Under the pieces are notes generated by a model that ran no database searches, had not been told where the DNA came from, and saw nothing but the letters and a program-made list of their open reading frames with translations. DNA of 64,000 nucleotides from Nostoc sp. DedSLP01 (GTDB taxonomy: Bacteria; Cyanobacteriota; Cyanobacteriia; Cyanobacteriales; Nostocaceae). Positions 1-8,687 of this stretch are shown here, in pieces; within the stretch, counting starts at the first letter, position 1, and each line of letters opens with the position of its first letter. Made by a program: the position numbers and the translations under genes. The DNA lies in assembly GCA_034530875.2 (NCBI GenBank), contig JAVRCJ020000030.1, forward strand, positions 1 to 64,000, read 5' to 3'.

Positions 1-48
1 GAGTAGAACCATCCTCTCCATGTAATACACGGTAAATCCGCCGTTTTT

Positions 49-2547
49 ATGTTAAGTAATATTTCGCCAACGGTATCCGAAGCTTGGCACAACCGGGGTC
101 TGGCGCTAGGTAATTTCGGGCGATTTGAAGAGGCGATTGCATCTTACGACAAAGCCATACAATTAAAACCTGACGACTACTCAGCTTGGAACTACCGGGG
201 TCTGGCGCTGGCTAATTTGGGGCGATTTGAAGAGGCGATCGCATCTTACGACAAAGCCATACAATTAAAACCTGACTACTACTCAGCTTGGTACAACCGG
301 GGTAATGCGCTGAATAATTTGGGGCGATTAGAAGAGGTGATTGCATCTTACGACAAAGCCATACAATTAAAACCTGACAACTACTCAGCTTGGAACAACC
401 GGGGTAATGCGCTGAATAATTTAGGGCGATTTGAACAAGCAATCGCATCTTACGACAAAGCCATAGAATTCAAAGCTGACGACTACTCAGCTTGGAACAA
501 CCGAGGTAATGCGCTGGATAATTTAGGGCGATTTGAACAAGCAATCGCATCTTTCGACAAAGCCATAGAATTTAAAGCTGACGACTACTCAGCTTGGTAT
601 AACCGGGGTAATGTGCTGGCTAATTTGGGGCGATTTGAACAAGCGATCGCATCTTTCGACAAAGCCATAGAATTAAAACCTGACTACCACGATGCTTGGA
701 TTAACCGGGGAATTGCAGCAGGAAATGTAACTGGAAACAGGACAGATTTCTTTTTCACATTTACTTTACCTGGTGCAGCGACATATCCCAACCTCGCTTT
801 AAAATTTAATAATCGCGATCTAAACCAGCGTGGCTATGATGGTAAACTGGCAAGCTATGAGGAAGGGTTAAAGCATTGTCTACACCCAGAAGGGTCAGGA
901 AAATTGCATCAGGCGATAGGTGATGCTCATTACTTCCGAGGGCGAGGAAATTATAAAGCCCGTTATTTTTGGGACAAAGCTGTTAAAAGTTACAAAACAG
1001 CACTGCAAACTCTCACAGCAACAGATTTTCCTGAGTTGCATTTAGAGGTTTTGCAAGACTTAATTCGCGTGCAGTTAGATTTGGGTGAAACAGCCGAAGC
1101 CACAGAACTCCAGCGACAGGGTACTGATTTATTGCGGCGCTTATTAGATGAACCAAATCGGTCAGATAAAAGTAAAAAACAACTAGCTCTAAAATTTGCA
1201 TGGCTTCAACAGTTAACTGTTGATTTAGCAGTGCGGTCTGGAGATTTGCTGCAAGCGATTGAATTAGCAGAAGAAGGAAAAAATATCTGTTTGCGTTGGC
1301 TTTTAGATAGATGGAGTGAGAAAATTTCCTCTCCCAGTTTTTCAGAAATCCAACAACTGCTTAATCCTTCAGCTGCCATTATTTACTGGCATCTGAGTTC
1401 TTACGCCTTACACACCTTCGTTCTCAAACACAACGCCTCATCACCATTTGTCTTAGGAAAAACCGAGTTTGTTTCTCACCCACAACGCCTACAAGATTTT
1501 GAAGCCTGGGTGAAAAATTGGAATCAACAATACGCTGATTATCGAGACAAAGCAAAAGACGAACAAAGTCGCAAAAGCTATCCTTGGCGACTATTGATGT
1601 CAGAGAAACTTGAGCAGTTAAAAAACATCCTCAATATTTTTGCTATCGAACAAGAGTTAAACAATATTACAAACTTAATTCTCATTCCTCATCGAGATTT
1701 GCACCGCTTACCACTCCATGCAATATTTACAGATAACTTCACCATTACTTATTTACCTAGCGCCCAAATAGGTATTACCTTAAAAAGTTTGAGAGAAACA
1801 AATATCACAGCAATTCATCAATTACCTTTGCTGAGTGTAGAACATCCCGACAGTGAAGGTTTTGCTATTTTGCCTCATGCAGAAATCGAATCTGCTGCCA
1901 TTACTCAGCTATTCCAAAACCCTACACCAAAGCGAATTTATGGAGAAGCTGCGACAAATACCACAGTTAAAGCAGCCCTACAAGATAGTTACAATATTTT
2001 TCACTTCACAGGACATAGCACTTATAATTTCTATAATCCTCAAGAATCTGCTTTGGCTCTTAGCGGTAAAGACTTTCTGACTTTAGGTGAAATTTGCAAT
2101 TTCGAAAATCTGAGAATATATCAATTAGTTAGCCTTTCATCTTGTGAAACCGCCATCACTAGCAACCAAACTATCACTGCTGAATATGTCGGTTTAGTTA
2201 GTGCCTTTCTATATCAAGGCGTTACCAATGTTGTGAGTACATTGTGGACTGTGACTGATGATGCTAGTAGTTTTTTGATGATTTACTTTTACTGGCAAAT
2301 TAAGAAAGGGAAATCGCCAACATTTGCGCTGAATAAAGCAAGAAGATGGTTACGTAATTTAACATTTAGTAAACTCGAAAGAATTTATCGGGTAATCTTA
2401 GCTAAGTTACCAACTGAGGAAATACCTTTGCGACCTTTTATTAGAAGAAAACTGAATCAAATTAGTCAAATGGAGTTATCAGAAAAGAAAGAGCAGCGTT
2501 TTCAACATCCCTATTATTGGGCAGCCTTTATAATTACTGGTAACTAA
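49..2547 (+). CDS. TPR-repeat + CHAT (caspase-like) domain protein
   Basis: Six to seven 34-aa TPRs (AWxNRGxALxNLGRFEEAIASYDKAI). C-terminal CHAT motifs LIPHRDLHRLP, FHFTGHS (His), LSSCET (Cys), VVSTLW, HPYYWAAF. Confidence 0.92.
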   Translation: MLSNISPTVSEAWHNRGLALGNFGRFEEAIASYDKAIQLKPDDYSAWNYRGLALANLGRFEEAIASYDKAIQLKPDYYSAWYNRGNALNNLGRLEEVIASYDKAIQLKPDNYSAWNNRGNALNNLGRFEQAIASYDKAIEFKADDYSAWNNRGNALDNLGRFEQAIASFDKAIEFKADDYSAWYNRGNVLANLGRFEQAIASFDKAIELKPDYHDAWINRGIAAGNVTGNRTDFFFTFTLPGAATYPNLALKFNNRDLNQRGYDGKLASYEEGLKHCLHPEGSGKLHQAIGDAHYFRGRGNYKARYFWDKAVKSYKTALQTLTATDFPELHLEVLQDLIRVQLDLGETAEATELQRQGTDLLRRLLDEPNRSDKSKKQLALKFAWLQQLTVDLAVRSGDLLQAIELAEEGKNICLRWLLDRWSEKISSPSFSEIQQLLNPSAAIIYWHLSSYALHTFVLKHNASSPFVLGKTEFVSHPQRLQDFEAWVKNWNQQYADYRDKAKDEQSRKSYPWRLLMSEKLEQLKNILNIFAIEQELNNITNLILIPHRDLHRLPLHAIFTDNFTITYLPSAQIGITLKSLRETNITAIHQLPLLSVEHPDSEGFAILPHAEIESAAITQLFQNPTPKRIYGEAATNTTVKAALQDSYNIFHFTGHSTYNFYNPQESALALSGKDFLTLGEICNFENLRIYQLVSLSSCETAITSNQTITAEYVGLVSAFLYQGVTNVVSTLWTVTDDASSFLMIYFYWQIKKGKSPTFALNKARRWLRNLTFSKLERIYRVILAKLPTEEIPLRPFIRRKLNQISQMELSEKKEQRFQHPYYWAAFIITGN
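79..720 (+). repeat. 102-bp tandem repeat encoding TPR units (6 full copies + 1 partial)
   Basis: Units start at 79, 181, 283, 385, 487, 589 and 691, with near-identical DNA (GCTTGG...CGGGGT...GCATCTTACGACAAAGCCATA). Confidence 0.95.
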
Positions 2548-2612
2548 AATTTCTTCTTTGCGTCTTTGCGCCTTTGCGTGAGACATTAATAAATTGTCTC
2601 TAAAACATCCCT

Positions 2613-3011
2613 ATGAAACCTAACAATATAATTACTCTTACAGCTTTTCTTAGTGCTTTAACTCAGTTGGATGAACCATTGCCAAAGGATATTCAAACTC
2701 AGTTAAATGATATTGGTAAGGTGCTAAGAGATAATCCCGATAATATAGGAAATTTAGATGCGATCGCTGAAAGTTATCCACCCTTAGATAAACTTTATCA
2801 AAGAGAACTTACTAAAATTGAAAAAACTGGCGAACGTACTAAAGGTTTACCACCTCTGCCTTTACCAACTGAACCAACTAGGGAATTAACTAATGCAGCA
2901 ATTAATACTTTTAGCGAAAAGAATTCCGTATCTGCTGCAAAGGAAGCTGTAAACCCAAATCTACTGCAAAAGCTGACGGACTTCATTCATGGCAGAATAG
3001 TAAATGACTGA
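2613..3011 (+). CDS. Small hypothetical protein co-located with the TPR-CHAT gene
   Basis: 132-aa ORF with predicted helical segments and a central Pro-rich linker (ERTKGLPPLPLP). Its stop overlaps the next start. Confidence 0.8.
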   Translation: MKPNNIITLTAFLSALTQLDEPLPKDIQTQLNDIGKVLRDNPDNIGNLDAIAESYPPLDKLYQRELTKIEKTGERTKGLPPLPLPTEPTRELTNAAINTFSEKNSVSAAKEAVNPNLLQKLTDFIHGRIVND

Positions 3012-4407
3012 AAAAATTATTTATCCTACTATTGATTTATTCCTCTATGATTTAAAAGATGGTTTAGGAGAAGACGAAACCAGAGTAAACAATAATTGCC
3101 AAGATTTTTGTCGCAAAATATATGGCGATTTAGACAAACCAAGCTTTCAGGAAAAGTATAGAGAATTCCTGAAGTATAAAGATAATGCTGGAGATGTAAT
3201 TGAGTTGTTAGGGAAAGCCCAAACAAGAGAATTTCCATCACCTCTAGATGGCTATTACTATCCGCTGCAAATTGGTGATACTTACGCACTGCAAGTTGAC
3301 TATTCTGGTAAATTAGATGCTAACGGTAAAGCTAATGATGCTCCTCAAAATATCGACGATGCACCTTTTATAAAAATCAAAGAAGAAATTACAAATCGTC
3401 TGTCTCAGCAAACAGGTACAATTGGACAAACTTGGTTACTTTGGGGAAAACTAACCGAGACTAAAACAGAAGCCGAAGTTGAAGAGATAGCCAAAGAATG
3501 CTACACAAAAATCGTCAGCAATTATAAATGGCAACGGGATTTTATTGGCAAAGGTAAGTTAGGAGACGGAACGATTTTTGAGTTGTGGTATTGTCCAGAA
3601 AATTTAGGCGTAAATGGTAAAGAATTTTGGGATGAATTTAGAAAATTAAGCTATCACGTCTTAATTTGGTTGTTTCCCGAACATATTTCGCCTGATGAAA
3701 TGAGGAAACAAGTACAAGGTTTATATTATGATTTTTTGCGCTTATGGCAATACCGCCATAAAGTAGTTTGGTCATATTATCAAAGTCGCTATCAAAAACA
3801 TATCCTCAAAAGAGAATATATCGAAATTCAGCCATCGATTCAGCAGACAAGCGAATTACCAAAGCTACTGCAAAGCAATAACCTAAAATTAAGCAAACTC
3901 CAAGAAAGTTTGACAAAGAATTTAATCAACTTATCAGACTATACAATTGCGTTAAACTATCTAGAAAATCAAAGCCGGACAATTCAATTAAACTTAGAAA
4001 ATTATCAATCTCATTTAGCAGACATCCAGCAAAAGTACCCAAAGAGCGACTTGAAATTTCTGGAAAAGTTTAGCGAAAGTGAATTTTATGGCAAAAAATA
4101 TCAGCGACAAGTAGAAGTAGATTATGCAATTCTCAGCCCTGGATTAACTTTATTGCAAAATCTCAATAACACTATTCAAGGTATTATCGACCTAGAACAA
4201 ACCAAAAGCGATCGCACCCTCAATACCACTATAGCGATCGCAGGTGTCGGACTTGCCACCAGCCAAATAGCCTCCGCCGTCATTCTCGCCCAACCAAACG
4301 ATTATCAACAACATCTGCGGTTTCGGGCTGAAGTTTTTGGCTGGAGTGTAGGCATCGGTATCTTCTTTGCTGTGCTAATCTTTATAAGCCTCCGCTTTCG
4401 CCGCTAA
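3004..4407 (+). CDS. Hypothetical membrane protein: large soluble domain, coiled coil and two C-terminal TM helices (CorA-like layout, no GMN motif)
   Basis: 467 aa. Hydrophobic segments TIAIAGVGLATSQIASAVILA and FGWSVGIGIFFAVLIFISL with a basic tail RFRR. 8-nt overlap with the upstream ORF. Confidence 0.8.
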   Translation: MTEKIIYPTIDLFLYDLKDGLGEDETRVNNNCQDFCRKIYGDLDKPSFQEKYREFLKYKDNAGDVIELLGKAQTREFPSPLDGYYYPLQIGDTYALQVDYSGKLDANGKANDAPQNIDDAPFIKIKEEITNRLSQQTGTIGQTWLLWGKLTETKTEAEVEEIAKECYTKIVSNYKWQRDFIGKGKLGDGTIFELWYCPENLGVNGKEFWDEFRKLSYHVLIWLFPEHISPDEMRKQVQGLYYDFLRLWQYRHKVVWSYYQSRYQKHILKREYIEIQPSIQQTSELPKLLQSNNLKLSKLQESLTKNLINLSDYTIALNYLENQSRTIQLNLENYQSHLADIQQKYPKSDLKFLEKFSESEFYGKKYQRQVEVDYAILSPGLTLLQNLNNTIQGIIDLEQTKSDRTLNTTIAIAGVGLATSQIASAVILAQPNDYQQHLRFRAEVFGWSVGIGIFFAVLIFISLRFRR

Positions 4408-4447
4408 CAATTCCCTTGGCGTCTTGTGCTTATTGAATATTTTAACC

Positions 4448-5356
4448 ATGTCCATCCAACTCACAATCGAAAGCATATATACAGACGGTGCTTGCACTGG
4501 TAACCCCGGCCCTGGCGGTTGGGGTGTCGTCGTCTATTTCAGCGATGGCTCAATTCACGAAATGGGCGATGCATCCCCTCATACCACAAATAATAAAATG
4601 GAGATGCAAGCTGCGATCGCTGCCTTAAAATTTTTGCAATCATCTCAACAAGCCCAACCCATCACCCTATATACTGATAGCGAATATTTAATCAACTGCG
4701 TTACTAAGTGGGTGAAAGGCTGGAAAAACAAAGGCTGGAAAAAGTCAGATGGTAAACCCGTCCAAAACCAAGACCTTTTAGAAACCTTAGACGAACTCAA
4801 CAGCGAAAAAGTAAAATGGCAATATGTCAGAGGGCATTCTGGTAACATAGGTAACGAACGCTGTGATGCGATCGCTCGCACCTATGCCAGTGGCAAAACT
4901 CCTTCACTACAGCAAATTTCTTCCGCTGAATTTTATAAAACTTTACCTACCCAAAACCAAATAAATGTAGCAAAAGTAGCTGATTATGACGAAAATTCTA
5001 GAATAATTAACCAAAATATCCACCAAGTCACTACTTCTGCACCAGAAATAACCGTTATGGAACCATCAACTGGGCTAGCTGCAACTGCAACCGATGAAAA
5101 ACCGGCGGAAATGAGGGTTTTGCAACTCCGCAACTTGGTCGAAACTCTGCGTATAGCTGATGAAATTTCGGAAAAAGGCTACTTAATCACCAGTTCCGAG
5201 TTAGCAGATTTAATGGATGTCCACGCTAGCGCTGTTACTAGTAGAGGAGATCAATGGCGTTGGCGAAATTGGATAGTGTCACGGGTACGCCGTGAAGGAA
5301 ACCAAATTCTTTGGGAACTAGAACGCGGGGATCGAGTGGGAGGGGAAGAGGAGTAA
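4448..5356 (+). CDS. rnhA: Ribonuclease HI with cyanobacterial C-terminal extension
   Basis: YTDGACTGNPGPGGWG, TTNNKMEM, YTDSEY, VRGHSGNIGNERCD motifs. ATG at 4448 preferred over TTG at 4424. Confidence 0.95.
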   Translation: MSIQLTIESIYTDGACTGNPGPGGWGVVVYFSDGSIHEMGDASPHTTNNKMEMQAAIAALKFLQSSQQAQPITLYTDSEYLINCVTKWVKGWKNKGWKKSDGKPVQNQDLLETLDELNSEKVKWQYVRGHSGNIGNERCDAIARTYASGKTPSLQQISSAEFYKTLPTQNQINVAKVADYDENSRIINQNIHQVTTSAPEITVMEPSTGLAATATDEKPAEMRVLQLRNLVETLRIADEISEKGYLITSSELADLMDVHASAVTSRGDQWRWRNWIVSRVRREGNQILWELERGDRVGGEEE

Positions 5357-5492
5357 GGGAGATGGGGAGATGGGGAGATGGGGAAGTGTGGGGAGTGTGG
5401 GGGGAAATAGAATTTATGTTTCCCCCTCTTTCCCTTTCGTTCTTCCTACACCTCCCACACCTCCTGCTTCCCCAATGCCCTATGCCCCATAC
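5357..5492. repeat. Composite STRR intergenic repeat (G-rich arm / C-rich arm)
   Basis: GGGAGATG and GTGTGGG(G)A units followed by CCCACACCT and TGCCC units. Confidence 0.85.
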
Positions 5493-5493
5493 C

Positions 5494-6708
5494 CTAATCA
5501 GCACTATATTTTCTGCCGCGCCATTCGCGTGGGGTGCGGAATGCAGATAAGAAGATTCTGAGGACGGCTAGGGGATCGGCTAAAGGGGAAAGCCAGAATA
5601 ACCAACCAGCTTGGGCAGTTTGGCGATCGTAGGAAGGTGCGATCGCTAATAGCATACCAAAGCGAATCGCTAGTAAAAACAAATTCAGACTAACTAGGAC
5701 AAATAGAGGAGTGGGTAACGCGATTAATCGCGTCTCTACTAGGCGGGAAATCAACAAGTAAGCCAAGATTATTAAAAGTGGTAAACCTTGGACTGCAAAC
5801 AGTAGCCATAAATCTCCCCACAACTGAGAACGAGAGGTTGCGTCTTTGAGGTCGAGACTCCGCCCCCATTCCTTCCATGTCTCCATCGCCCCTTCATACA
5901 TGCGTACTTTTAATACTTTTGCCCCATCTAAAAAGCCGACTTTATAACCTTGAACGGCAATATTTCGTGCCAAGGTGACATCATCACAAAAAGAACTACT
6001 CGCACTGCTGTAGCCACCCACAGCCGCTAACACGGAACGACGGCACAAAAAACACTGTCCATTTGCCATTACCCGTTCCGGTTGCTGTGTATCGATTCCA
6101 GAGGGGTCAAATCGATAAAGCAGAGTCATCAACAAAGCCGGTTGTAGCCAGCATTCTCCTGGATATTTGAGGATGAACTGGGGTGAAAGGGAAACCAGGT
6201 CGTAACCTTGTGCTTCGGCTGTTTTCACCAAGCCAGCAACCAAACCAGGATGCGGCTGAATATCAGCATCCAGACCCAAAAACCACTCGCTAGCCTCTGA
6301 GCTATATAAAAAACCATTATGCAACGCCCAAGGACGCCCTACCCAACCGGAGGGTAAGGGGTCGTCAGTCATCAAGCGAAAGCGGGGATCTTTTTGCTGC
6401 GCTGCTTTTACCAAATCGGGAGTACCATCGCTGGAATTACTATCTACAACAATAATTTCCCGAACTTCGTAGCTTTGCTGACTCAAACCAGCCAACAGAG
6501 GGCTAATACGCAGCGCCTCATTCAGCGTCGGAACGACAACACTAACCCTGCCCAACATTTCTGGTGTTGGTTGTTGCGGTTCTATTGGCCGATGGCGTCC
6601 TAGCCCCTTTAAGAGACGTGAAAGTAGAATCGCCGTTGCTGGTACTTGGATAAGCAGCAATAAAAGCGAAATGGCGCTTTCTAGTATTAATGTATTGTCA
6701 TTTGTCAT
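5494..6708 (-). CDS. cruG: Carotenoid (myxol) 2'-O-glycosyltransferase, GT2
   Basis: GT2 motifs VVVPTLNE, LDAD, MANGQCF, FCDDV, RMY. Directly downstream of cruF. Confidence 0.88.
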   Translation of the reverse strand: MTNDNTLILESAISLLLLLIQVPATAILLSRLLKGLGRHRPIEPQQPTPEMLGRVSVVVPTLNEALRISPLLAGLSQQSYEVREIIVVDSNSSDGTPDLVKAAQQKDPRFRLMTDDPLPSGWVGRPWALHNGFLYSSEASEWFLGLDADIQPHPGLVAGLVKTAEAQGYDLVSLSPQFILKYPGECWLQPALLMTLLYRFDPSGIDTQQPERVMANGQCFLCRRSVLAAVGGYSSASSSFCDDVTLARNIAVQGYKVGFLDGAKVLKVRMYEGAMETWKEWGRSLDLKDATSRSQLWGDLWLLFAVQGLPLLIILAYLLISRLVETRLIALPTPLFVLVSLNLFLLAIRFGMLLAIAPSYDRQTAQAGWLFWLSPLADPLAVLRIFLSAFRTPREWRGRKYSAD

Positions 6709-6714
6709 TTTTTA

Positions 6715-6880
6715 TTGGGTATTGGGCATAGGGCATGGGGCAAGTGGGGGGTGTGGGAGGTGTGGGAGGTGTGGGAGGTGTGGGAAGAAATCTTTCCCCC
6801 CTCTCCCCCCACACTCCCCACACTTCCCCATCTCCCCCTCTCTCCCCACACTTCCCCATCTCCCAGTCCCCAGCCCCCAT
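6715..6880. repeat. Composite STRR intergenic repeat
   Basis: GGGCAT units, (GGTGTGGGA)n, core GAAGAAATCTTTCCCCC, then CCCCACACT and CCCCATCT units. Confidence 0.9.
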
Positions 6881-6884
6881 TTAT

Positions 6885-7793
6885 CTATTTCAAAACAACA
6901 TTAACGCTTGGTACTGTGACTTCTTGAGTTACTGGTTCAATAGCAACTTGAGGAGGTGTGGTTGAACTCCTGAACCACAGCGCGACAACAGGAACTACAC
7001 CGAGTACTGAGCCAAGTAACACAGGGATAAAGAAACCACTCGCCAAGCTGAGTCCGGCGGCGAAGGCAAAGTTACTTAAATAAACTACTAAAGGAACATT
7101 GAGTTGCGATCGCTCTAATTTTATCGAGGCTTTTCTCCAAAATAATGCTGCCACACTCATAAACACTGCACTAGTGCCAAACCAACCTGCATAGTTTTGG
7201 TAAGGCGTTCCAAAGAAAGCTCCTGGTTGCTCCCAATACCAAAATGGTAGGGCAGATTGGCTCATTGCTGGCTCAAGGGCAAAGTCCCAGCAAGTGAACA
7301 GCAAAGCACCAACGGCTATAGCAGCAAGATGGCGTGCCAAACTGGGTTTTTGGGCTACTTGCAAACCACATCTGGAAATTAAGTAAGACGACAGCCCAAC
7401 ATAAAACCAAGACAAAGGAATTGTAAAAGGAACTAACCCCCCAATCTTGTAACCCAAGCCACTCAAGTAGTTATAATCGCCAAATGGAAAACCTGTGCTG
7501 GTTCCCAATAATTCACTTCCTAAAGAGATAAACATAGCCGGGAGCATAAATCCCAACCAAGTTTTTAATCCCAATGTCCGGAAGGCATAAATAGAAACGG
7601 CTACTGTTCCAAAGATGATATCAACTACACCGCCGTTAGTCATGCTTAACCCTATGGCAGTTTCTCCAACCTGGGATACATTTAAAATTATTTCAGGATG
7701 AGGTAAAACCAGTAGCATCCCCGCCAGCCCAAAAGCCTTTGACAAGATATGAGCAATCAGGCATACGCGCTCAGCAATAACAAGTCGTTTCAT
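6885..7793 (-). CDS. cruF: Gamma-carotene 1'-hydroxylase (carotenoid biosynthesis membrane protein)
   Basis: SELLGTSTGFPFGxYxY, VPFTIPLSW, WD...EP, PxQNYAGW motifs. Multi-TM and paired with cruG. Confidence 0.9.
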   Translation of the reverse strand: MKRLVIAERVCLIAHILSKAFGLAGMLLVLPHPEIILNVSQVGETAIGLSMTNGGVVDIIFGTVAVSIYAFRTLGLKTWLGFMLPAMFISLGSELLGTSTGFPFGDYNYLSGLGYKIGGLVPFTIPLSWFYVGLSSYLISRCGLQVAQKPSLARHLAAIAVGALLFTCWDFALEPAMSQSALPFWYWEQPGAFFGTPYQNYAGWFGTSAVFMSVAALFWRKASIKLERSQLNVPLVVYLSNFAFAAGLSLASGFFIPVLLGSVLGVVPVVALWFRSSTTPPQVAIEPVTQEVTVPSVNVVLK

Positions 7794-7843
7794 GATAATT
7801 CCTTAAGTTAAGATGTGACACCCGGCGATTCGGCTGCTAATAG

Positions 7844-7861
7844 TTTACAAATCTTTATAAA
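7844..7861. promoter_or_regulatory. Possible HLR1 (RpaB-binding) direct repeat upstream of cruF
   Basis: TTTACAAA-TC-TTTATAAA has one mismatch to (G/T)TTACA(T/A)(T/A)-N2-repeat. The context is AT-rich, so a chance match is possible. Confidence 0.35.
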
Positions 7862-8009
7862 TATATTTAAATACTTTGCGCTCTAATTTTGTACAAACTT
7901 GTTTGCCTTGCTTGGCAAAAGTATGACAGGCTATAAGTAAAATCGAGTCTCTAGTGACTCGACGTCGCGATGGAATAATCTTTTAGCTCTGTACTGGCAA
8001 TATTAACCC

Positions 8010-8459
8010 ATGTCATTTTTGAAAACAGTTCCTTGGGTGTCCCTAGCGCTAGTACTGCTTAGCTACAGTACTTTGGGTTGGGTAGTATCTGAGACACATC
8101 CTCCGATGTTTGTGTGGTCAGCGATCGTAGCCGCTATCTTGCTGTTAATACTAACTTTGACAACTCCTTGGCCAAAAGTGACATATTACTACACTATAGT
8201 GTTTGAATCAAATGTCAGAGCTTTTGGCGTTGCCGTTTTAGCAGCTTTCTTGTTCTTTATTATGGTTGCCTGGTTTAGGGTATTTCTTGATACCTTACTA
8301 ATTTTTTCTGCAACTATATTAGTCAGGATAGACTTTCAAGTAGCGGGTCTGAAGAAAAAACTAGCTTTTTGGTGTGCATCTATTTTTTCCTTGACAGGTT
8401 TAGTCTTAGGTGCATTTATTTACAATTTAGTAAATTCTGAAACTTTACTAAAGTCATGA
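8010..8459 (+). CDS. Hypothetical integral membrane protein
   Basis: 149 aa with about 4-5 hydrophobic helices. Confidence 0.8.
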   Translation: MSFLKTVPWVSLALVLLSYSTLGWVVSETHPPMFVWSAIVAAILLLILTLTTPWPKVTYYYTIVFESNVRAFGVAVLAAFLFFIMVAWFRVFLDTLLIFSATILVRIDFQVAGLKKKLAFWCASIFSLTGLVLGAFIYNLVNSETLLKS

Positions 8460-8586
8460 ACTAGCGAATATTATCAGCAATTCCTAAGGATTGAATATGC
8501 AGAAGATTTCGATCCCCAAGCTAAGTTATAGGATTTTCTAATTAACGCATGATGTGGATTAGACGCTAAAATCCTTGATTTATCGT

Positions 8587-8617
8587 TGTAGAGACGTTGC
8601 ACTGCAACGTCTCTACA
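8587..8617. repeat. Small palindromic dispersed repeat (GTAGAGACG...CGTCTCTAC family)
   Basis: TGTAGAGACGTTGCACTGCAACGTCTCTACA. Relatives at about 5718, 14251, 23304 and 32474. Confidence 0.85.
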
Positions 8618-8687
8618 GGACTAAACTAAACGTAAATTGCGATAGTTCATATATTGTCTGCAATTCTAGAACAAAGAATTTTCTTGT

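Noticed and set aside
79..720. CRISPR array or complete DGR
   Set aside because: The repeats are contiguous in-frame 102-bp coding units without spacers. No cas or reverse transcriptase gene is in the window.
5238..5561. Short overlapping ORFs (also 6671-6965, 11931-12152, 20281-20616, 24725-25116, 35470-35806)
   Set aside because: They are translations of STRR repeats (WGDGE/PHLPH-type low complexity) that lack stops by composition.
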